Assembly (NCBI GenBank): GCA_036479435.1
Contig: JAZGFI010000124.1
Coordinates: 1 to 14,225, forward strand
Direction of reading: 5' to 3'
DNA length: 14,225 nt
From: Planctomycetota bacterium
GTDB taxonomy: Bacteria > Planctomycetota > GCA-002687715 > DRQF01
Each line of letters starts with the position of its first letter. Position 1 is the stretch's first letter. Made by a program: the position numbers and the translations under genes. Below, piece after piece: positions 8,417-14,225 of this stretch. The notes below the pieces were generated by a model, which saw only the letters and a program-made list of their open reading frames with translations, did not search any database and had not been told where the DNA came from.

Positions 8417-9133
8417 ATGGTCGACAAAAACGAGATTGAGATCGTGCGTGGGGACCTGGGTGTCTTCGCTTGCTTCGGCGAGTCGACACGACTCTTGTCA
8501 AAAGGCCCGGCGATCTGGGGCTTCGCGCTCGTGTGTTTCACCTACATCGCCGCGGCGTCGACCGTGCCCTTCGCTAGTCTCGCAGCCGGTGTGTTCATGG
8601 GCGGTATTCACCTCGGATTTACGCGGCTTATGGATGGCCGAAAAGTAGAAGCCGCCACGGGCTTTGAGGGCTTTTCTCATTTCGGTCAACTGCTGTTGGC
8701 GAACTTGATTCAGGCTGGGATCGCATTTGTCGTCGTGATGCCTTTTTACTGCCTCTTCACCACGTTGTTTGTCGTGGCAGTGGATTCGCTCCAAGGCCCG
8801 CAGGGAGCCGCGATCTCGGTGACCTTTTTAATGGGAATTCTCGTTGCGGGGATTTTGGCCCTACTCGTCCAGGTCTTCACCGTCTTCAACTATGTCTTAG
8901 TCGTAGATCGCGGCCTGAGTGCTTGGGGCGCCACCGTCGTTAGCTTTCGTGGCGTCAAAAAGAACCTTGTTTCCGTGATCTTGCTCGAACTCGCCTGCGG
9001 GCTGGTGTTGGTCGTTGCGACCTTGCTGTGCTGTTTGCCGCTGTTCGTCGCGATGCCCTGGGTCATTGGGGCGCAAACTGCGGCTTACGCGACGATCTTT
9101 CCTCGGGAAGGGCTCGCCGAGGTGTTTGATTAA
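8417..9133 (+). CDS. Multi-pass membrane protein of unknown function with LLCC motif, 238 aa
   Basis: About five hydrophobic helices; LVVDRGLSAWGA..VSF and LLCCLPLFVAMPW motifs; followed by a terminator. Confidence 0.85.
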   Translation: MVDKNEIEIVRGDLGVFACFGESTRLLSKGPAIWGFALVCFTYIAAASTVPFASLAAGVFMGGIHLGFTRLMDGRKVEAATGFEGFSHFGQLLLANLIQAGIAFVVVMPFYCLFTTLFVVAVDSLQGPQGAAISVTFLMGILVAGILALLVQVFTVFNYVLVVDRGLSAWGATVVSFRGVKKNLVSVILLELACGLVLVVATLLCCLPLFVAMPWVIGAQTAAYATIFPREGLAEVFD

Positions 9134-9161
9134 GCCAGGCTTCGGTGGCGGCAGCGTGACG

Positions 9162-9192
9162 AAAAAGGCGCGCCCTGTGGGCGCGCCTTTTT
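9162..9192. terminator. Bidirectional intrinsic terminator between convergent genes
   Basis: AAAAAGGCGCGCCC-TGT-GGGCGCGCCTTTTT. Confidence 0.9.
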
Positions 9193-9214
9193 GATTCACC
9201 GATGAGCTGACTTT

Positions 9215-9278
9215 GCTTAGAAGTCGAATTTCACTTCATGCCCTTCGCTTAGAAGTCGAATCGGACTTCATGTCCATT
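9215..9278. repeat. Imperfect 32-bp tandem duplication of the FG-GAP gene 3' end
   Basis: gcttagaagtcgaatttcacttcatgcccttc / gcttagaagtcgaatcggacttcatgtccatt, 26 of 32 identical. Confidence 0.85.
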
Positions 9279-10808
9279 CGACGCCGCATAGCTACCATTG
9301 TTGGCGATGGGCGTGAAGACGAGGGCTTGCGACATGAAGCGCATGCCGCCAATTGAGGCGGGTGTTGTGAAGAAGAAGGGATTGCCAGCGGCGGCGAGCG
9401 GCAGGTTCAAGATCACCAAGGGTCCTGATCCAAACTGATTCAGGTGCAGTCCCGGCAAGGCGCCCGGGGGCGAGAAGCCGGGGAAAAACAGCTGGAAGAC
9501 CAACAGCGCTTGGATGCCGTTAAAGGTCCCCATCGGCGAGATCATTCGAGTTTCGACGATTTCGCCGATCTGTGGTTTGTAGATGTGAGCGGCCTGCGGA
9601 ATGACTGGTGGGGTGTTGAGGCCCGTGCCGATGGCGAGGTCGTCGCCGGTACCCGGGTAAGGGGCGGCTGGCAGGTTGTTGGTGAACACCGACAAGACTG
9701 AGCCGCTAAAAGACAAGCAAGCCAAGTCGTCGTGGCAATCGCCAGTGAAGTCACCCGAGGTGACGTGGAAGGGGTTCGCCCCGACGAAACTAACGATCTG
9801 GTCGCTGAAGGCGCCTTGGCCGTTATTCGTCAAGACGCGCAGGTTGAAGGCGTCGAAAGTGACTACGGCGAGGTCGGTACCCAGCGTGTTGTCGACGTTG
9901 GTCGCGACGATATCGACCGGCGTGACATCCGTCGGATAGTCTTGGCGATTGAAGTTGAAGCTCCCCGTGTTCCTAAGGACCGAGATGTCGGACGAACCGA
10001 CGTTGCAAGTCGCGATGTCAATGGTGCCGTCGTTGTCGAGATCCGCGAGGACTAGCGAAAAAGGTGCGGCTCCGGTCGCGATGAAGTTGCCGGGGACCAA
10101 GGCGGTGCCGGTGTTCTCGAACAACAAGACCGCACTCGCGCCACTGGCGGTCAGGACGAGGTCATCATCTCCATCGCCGTCGAGGTCGCCGTAAGCACCG
10201 TCAGAGCAGCCTGGAATCCCGAAAATACTTCCCGCAAAAGCGAGCGTACCGCCAATGTTCGCGAGAAGAGAAGTGGCGCCGATGCTGATGTTGCACACGA
10301 CGATGTCGATGTCACCATCGCCATCCGCGTCACCGGGGATAATGCGGAAAGGGTCTGTGCCACCGGAGACGATGACGGGAGCTTGAAAACTACCGGTCCC
10401 GGTGTTGACCAGGACGTAGATTTGCGCCGAGAGGTTGCAGCAGACGACGAGGTCGTCCAGGCCGTCCCCAGAAATATCCGCGGCGACGATGTCAGTCGGA
10501 CCTGAGCCCACAATGCCGAAGCCGTTTGGGGTGAAGGTTCCCGTGCCGTCGTTGAAGAAATACTCAACTCGGTTGATGGATGAAAAGCAAATGGCCAGAT
10601 CCAGGTCGCCATCGGCGTCCAGATCTAGCTTCGCCGTCGCCGTTGGCGTGGCGCCGATACCCACCGGCGTCTTCGCCTGGTAACTGGCTTGCCCCTCGGC
10701 GTGAGAAGGATTCATGAGCAAGGCGATGGCGAGTAAAAGCGACGTCGTCAAGACGGACCTGGTGGCGGTCTTCGTCGCGATCTTCGTGTACTGATTGTCT
10801 TTAGTCAT
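9249..10808 (-). CDS. Secreted FG-GAP/VCBS-repeat protein with extra C-terminal domain, about 519 aa
   Basis: Seven DxDxDGxxD-like repeats (DLDADGDLD, DISGDGLDD, DADGDGDID, DLDGDGDDD, DLDNDGTID, NVDNTLGTD, DFTGDCHDD). A signal peptide follows ATG 10808. Confidence 0.9.
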   Translation of the reverse strand: MTKDNQYTKIATKTATRSVLTTSLLLAIALLMNPSHAEGQASYQAKTPVGIGATPTATAKLDLDADGDLDLAICFSSINRVEYFFNDGTGTFTPNGFGIVGSGPTDIVAADISGDGLDDLVVCCNLSAQIYVLVNTGTGSFQAPVIVSGGTDPFRIIPGDADGDGDIDIVVCNISIGATSLLANIGGTLAFAGSIFGIPGCSDGAYGDLDGDGDDDLVLTASGASAVLLFENTGTALVPGNFIATGAAPFSLVLADLDNDGTIDIATCNVGSSDISVLRNTGSFNFNRQDYPTDVTPVDIVATNVDNTLGTDLAVVTFDAFNLRVLTNNGQGAFSDQIVSFVGANPFHVTSGDFTGDCHDDLACLSFSGSVLSVFTNNLPAAPYPGTGDDLAIGTGLNTPPVIPQAAHIYKPQIGEIVETRMISPMGTFNGIQALLVFQLFFPGFSPPGALPGLHLNQFGSGPLVILNLPLAAAGNPFFFTTPASIGGMRFMSQALVFTPIANNGSYAASNGHEVRFDF

Positions 10809-11037
10809 TGCGGTCTCTCGTTCCAGCCGAACTCTCAGAATAGAGCAGCTGTCTCGTGGTGATTGGCGCATCTCCATGGCATCCCCACGCTTGGCACGAT
10901 CGGCACTTTCGATGGCGGGGAGCGTATTTAGCCTACGCTTAGTTGTTGTAGCGTACCCCCCCCTTTCTACCCAACCAGCTCTAGAATCCACCACCCTAAA
11001 TTCAGTGCGGGTTTTCAGCCAAACGGCCCGCAGGGAC

Positions 11038-11074
11038 AAAAAAAAACGCGGTCGCCGAGATCCCCGGCGACCGC
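11038..11074 (-). terminator. Intrinsic terminator of the candidate selenoprotein gene
   Basis: Minus strand GCGGTCGCCG-7 nt-CGGCGACCGC then G and T9, starting 26 nt after the TAA at 11101. Confidence 0.9.
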
Positions 11075-11100
11075 TGTCTTTCTTGCGAACTGGGCTAGAC

Positions 11101-11919
11101 TTAGGCCTGTCTCTTTTTCACCGTCGTCTTTTTGAAGGACTTCAACTTGAAGCCCCGGTGCTTCGCAATGAGGGCTTCGGCCGTCTTTTTAGACAAGGCC
11201 TGGTCCTTTTTGGCGAGGATCTTGACGCTAGAGGTGTCGCCAAAGGGCATGACGACGATGACGTCTTTGACACTGGTGAAGATCTCACGGATCTTCGCGC
11301 AAGTGTCGCCTCAGCCAACGCCGTCAACGACCAGTTTGTAAACAACGGCAGGTTTGGGCTGGGTGACTTTCTCGAGGGTGCTAATCGATGAGCGTAGGGG
11401 TTTCAGCGCGGCGCTAATGGCCTCGCGGCTGGGCTTTTTATCGTCAGTAGTCTTCATCCAAGCGGTGGCCGTCGAATCGACGACGACTGTCTTCATTCCT
11501 TTGACTTTTTCCAAGGCCGCACGGACCTTGTTGGCTTTCATGGCAGCGCCTCAGCCACCGCCTCGGGTGTAGACCATCTTCCAATAGGTCACCTTGTCGG
11601 CACCCTTGCCCTTGGGCTCTTGGAATGACACGAGCTCGAAGTTTGATTTGGTCAGCGCGGCCGAAACCACCTGGCGGTCGAGGCTATAGCCGTTCTTCAT
11701 GGTGATCCAGGCCTTGGCCTGGGCGCAGTCGACTTTGACTTGGCTGACGCCCTTCACCGATTTGAGAGCCGCACGGGCCTCATCGTGAAAGTTTCAGGCT
11801 AGGCCTTTCAGCGTGACAACGTAGACCTTGCCGCCGTCCAAGGACGGGGATGCTGTAAAGGCACTTCCAAGGCCCAGGGCGCCAAAGAGCGCCACCAGCC
11901 CGAATGCGAGAATTCGCAT
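11101..11919 (-). CDS. Candidate selenoprotein: signal peptide plus three HMA/MerP-like domains, Sec at codons 42, 123 and 203; 272 aa
   Basis: GAGG RBS and ATG 11919; one frame to TAA 11101, broken only by TGA at 11794-11796, 11551-11553 and 11311-11313. Contexts are VYVVTLKGLA-U-NFHDEARAALKSVKGV, YWKMVYTRGGG-U-GAAMKANKVRAALEKVKGM and VYKLVVDGVG-U-GDTCAKIREIFTSVKDV. Confidence 0.85.
11278..11296 (-). promoter_or_regulatory. Putative bacterial SECIS for UGA 203
   Basis: GAAGAUC-CGUGA-GAUCUUC, perfect 7-bp stem; loop begins 21 nt after the UGA. Confidence 0.75.
11512..11530 (-). promoter_or_regulatory. Putative bacterial SECIS for UGA 123
   Basis: CAAGGUC-CGUGC-GGCCUUG, 7-bp stem with one U-G pair; loop begins 27 nt after the UGA. 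Confidence 0.75.
11763..11782 (-). promoter_or_regulatory. Putative bacterial SECIS for UGA 42
   Basis: UGAGGCC-CGUGC-GGC(U)CUCA, 7 bp with one bulge; loop begins 18 nt after the UGA. Confidence 0.7.
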
Positions 11920-12227
11920 CTCAATTCCTCTCAGAGATTTGATTGAGGTTGGGGCTCCCTGCCCGCTCACCTGTCCCCTGATAACACCGTGATTGCCGAA
12001 GTGCTTCCATCTGATTCGAGAGATTTACTGCCATGGGCTGCTTGGCCCAAATACCCTAATAGATTTGTCCTAATTGGTTTACGGCAAAAGGACTCTCGTG
12101 AAAAAATCAAGAATTTTCGAAAGATGACAGGCGATTCCGTCTATGGAGCTTCTGGCCCCTGATCGCCGTTCTCGGGATGGCCCTCTGTGCGCTGCCGTTT
12201 TTTGCGAAACGACCGTGAGGGATTCTT

Positions 12228-13685
12228 ATGGCTGCCATTTATTGCCGTATTGCAGATTCCGAATCAAAATCATGGGTTAGTGGGGGATCGACAAGTGCGT
12301 CCGCCACGAGTCTTGCCACGACGACCTTCAATGACATTGGCGCTGAGCGCCGCGTCCTGAATCGGGCCGCCTTTGGACCTAATGCTGGCAACTTGGCTCA
12401 CATCCAGTCCATCGGCTGGCAGGCTTGGCTCGAAGAGCAGCTCGATTTTTCTTCGATTGACGATCGGACGAATGAAGAGGTGGTTGAAGCCGCCAATTTC
12501 AACGCTAAAGACGTAACGCGACTAGATCGTGCCTATCTGCAACGCTGCCTCGCGTCTCAGAACCAACTGCTGATGAAAATGACGGCCTTTTGGGAACGGC
12601 ATTTCAACACAGATCGTCGTAAGGCTCAGAACGACAATGAGATCTTTGAGCAGGAACGTTTTCGCAAGCTGGCATTTGGACGCTTCGAAGATCTGCTCAT
12701 CGGCAGTGCCACCAGCCCGGCGATGATTCGTTATCTCGACAACGCAAGCAATGTCGCCAGCGCTCCGAATGAGCACTACGCCCGCGAGGTTCTTGAGCTC
12801 CACACTTTGGGCATTGACGGTCCCTACACTGAAACAGATGTCGCCGAGCTGGCTCGCGTCTTTACTGGCTGGCGGGTGCTCAACAATCCGGGCCCGGGGC
12901 TTTACCGGCCCCAGATATTCAACTTTCGAATCGCCGCCCACGACCCTGGTCCCAAGTCGGTGATGACCTGGACCACATCCGGATTCAGCAACGAAGAGGG
13001 CGTCAACGAAGGCCTGACTTTTCTGCGCTACTTGGCGCGCCACCCCAAGACGATTGACTTCATCTCGAGAAAACTGTGCGCGTCGTTTCTTGAAGCCACT
13101 CCTCAAGAGTCCGAAATCGATCGGGTCAAAAGAACTCTGTCGAAACCAGGCGCGACGATCGCCGATGCTGTGCGCGTCCTTTTCGAGATCATCGCCAACA
13201 ACCCGCGCTACGGTCGCAGCAAGAGTCTCAGCAACTTCGAGTTTGTGATTTCGATGCACCGTCGCTTGGGGCTGACCACGGCCAACCTCAACCGTATGGC
13301 CAACGAACTCGAAAACATGGGCAGCCCCTTGTGCGAGTTTCCAGCACCGACCGGGCTCCCCGACGCCGGTCCCCGTTTCGAGGCCCCCGGTGTCTTGATC
13401 GAGCGCTGGAACTTCGTGCACGATCTTGCCCGCAATTCGATCAGCAACTCGACGGTTGATTACGCGACTCTGTTGGGATCACCCGCGCCCGCGACGGTGC
13501 TGGCTCTCATTACTCACGCCGCGGATCTTCTGCTCGACGGCGACCTCGATAGTAAGTCACGAGACCAACTGCAAGTCTGGGCTAGGAAGCGTGTCGGCTC
13601 GACGCCCACGCAAGGCCAAATCGACGGCTTGGCGCCCGACCTTTTTAGCATCTTGTTGCGTTTGCCCGCAGCTCAACTCAACTAA
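12228..13685 (+). CDS. DUF1800-family protein (true N-terminus uncertain, possibly disrupted)
   Basis: RRVLNRAAFGP, WLEEQL, MTAFWERHF, SPAMIRYLDN, PNEHYAREVLELHTLG, YTETDVAELARVFTGW and HDPGPK. Confidence 0.88.
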   Translation: MAAIYCRIADSESKSWVSGGSTSASATSLATTTFNDIGAERRVLNRAAFGPNAGNLAHIQSIGWQAWLEEQLDFSSIDDRTNEEVVEAANFNAKDVTRLDRAYLQRCLASQNQLLMKMTAFWERHFNTDRRKAQNDNEIFEQERFRKLAFGRFEDLLIGSATSPAMIRYLDNASNVASAPNEHYAREVLELHTLGIDGPYTETDVAELARVFTGWRVLNNPGPGLYRPQIFNFRIAAHDPGPKSVMTWTTSGFSNEEGVNEGLTFLRYLARHPKTIDFISRKLCASFLEATPQESEIDRVKRTLSKPGATIADAVRVLFEIIANNPRYGRSKSLSNFEFVISMHRRLGLTTANLNRMANELENMGSPLCEFPAPTGLPDAGPRFEAPGVLIERWNFVHDLARNSISNSTVDYATLLGSPAPATVLALITHAADLLLDGDLDSKSRDQLQVWARKRVGSTPTQGQIDGLAPDLFSILLRLPAAQLN

Positions 13686-13771
13686 CAAGGGGCTCCACTA
13701 AGTCGATCACAGGCCGCTCGAAGCTCACTGCGTGGGACCGTCGCGTTTTTGAGATCAAGCGCCTGACGCAG

Positions 13772-14201
13772 ATGACGACCTCGCCGAGCAACGCTTTGGT
13801 GCGGGCCCTCAAAGTGGGCGATTCCTCGCTGCGGGACGCGCTCGTCGGCAGCTGCCAGGCGCATGCGGCCCGGACGGTCTCCGACTATGATATCGATCTC
13901 ACCAACGCTGACATGCTTTGTCTCATGCGGGGACTCATCGACCGTTCGTCGGCGACAGGTCCGACCGCCGTCGCGGCCAAAAACCGCCTCAGCGCCGGCA
14001 GCCGCGGTGTCTTTGACCTCGTCGAGCACTTCGCGGGTTTGGATTTGGCAACTTACGTCCCGTTCGTTCCCTATCCCAACGGCGTCCTCGGTAATCATCT
14101 GTAGACGGCGGTTGATACCTGCGCGTAGATGGCGCTTTGCGCGTATGACCGCCGCGTTTATGGTCCACGTTAACTGGGCACCGAATTATCAATTGGCGTA
14201 G
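13772..14201 (+). pseudogene. Probable degraded DUF1501-family remnant
   Basis: Lies directly after DUF1800, the usual DUF1501 position. FDLVEHFAGLDLATYVP...YPNGVLGNHL*TAVD resembles the DUF1501 central YPxxxLGxxL segment. No N-terminal half; stop at 14102-14104. Limits approximate. Confidence 0.4.
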
Positions 14202-14225
14202 AGGTAGAGGTGCGGATGAGATCGA

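Noticed and set aside
9215..9278. Diversity-generating retroelement VR/TR pair or prophage att site
   Set aside because: Too short, the changes are not adenine-specific, and there is no reverse transcriptase or integrase in the window.
10809..11037. Riboswitch in the FG-GAP leader (TACGCT/AGCGTA alternative pairings)
   Set aside because: Only short 6-7 nt complementarities, and no riboswitch consensus recognisable by eye.
11311..11757. Separate small genes (68 aa and 76 aa ORFs) or a simple pseudogene
   Set aside because: The pieces start mid-domain without an RBS, stay in one frame with no indels or TAA/TAG, and break at the homologous Cys position each time.
11101..11919. Genome-wide UGA recoding to Trp or Gly as the explanation for the in-frame TGAs
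   Set aside because: Trp is TGG in this gene, other long genes have no internal TGA, and TGA is the stop at 35-37 and 2332-2334.
12216..12254. TGA upstream of DUF1800 as a fourth selenocysteine
   Set aside because: It lies in a linker, not a Cys motif. The nearby TTGC-CGTATT-GCAG stem is only 3-4 bp with a different loop, and the likely start (GTG 12098) is out of frame.
50..13421. Long antisense or alternative-frame ORFs (e.g. 707-1657, 4236-5000, 6796-7635, 10795-11391, 12522-13421)
   Set aside because: Shadow ORFs of real genes in GC-rich DNA, with no recognisable motifs.

Overview
GC-rich bacterial window in standard genetic code 11; the gene content resembles Planctomycetota (inference). 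Left to right: a Tat-exported PaoABC/YagTSR-like molybdenum hydroxylase operon (minus strand), divergent ATP-type pckA, tRNA-Asp(GTC) with a tandem double terminator, a VWA-like gene remnant, a Tat-lipoprotein TIM-barrel isomerase/epimerase, three Cys-Cys membrane proteins interrupted by a frameshifted NHL-repeat gene, a secreted FG-GAP protein, and a DUF1800 gene followed by a probable DUF1501 remnant. The main finding is at 11101-11919 (minus), which the ORF track splits into small pieces. It reads as one 272-aa exported protein of three tandem HMA/MerP-like domains. Each domain has an in-frame TGA at the metal-binding Cys position, and each TGA is followed by a hairpin with a conserved CGUG(C/A) loop. 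This is a candidate three-selenocysteine protein with three SECIS elements.
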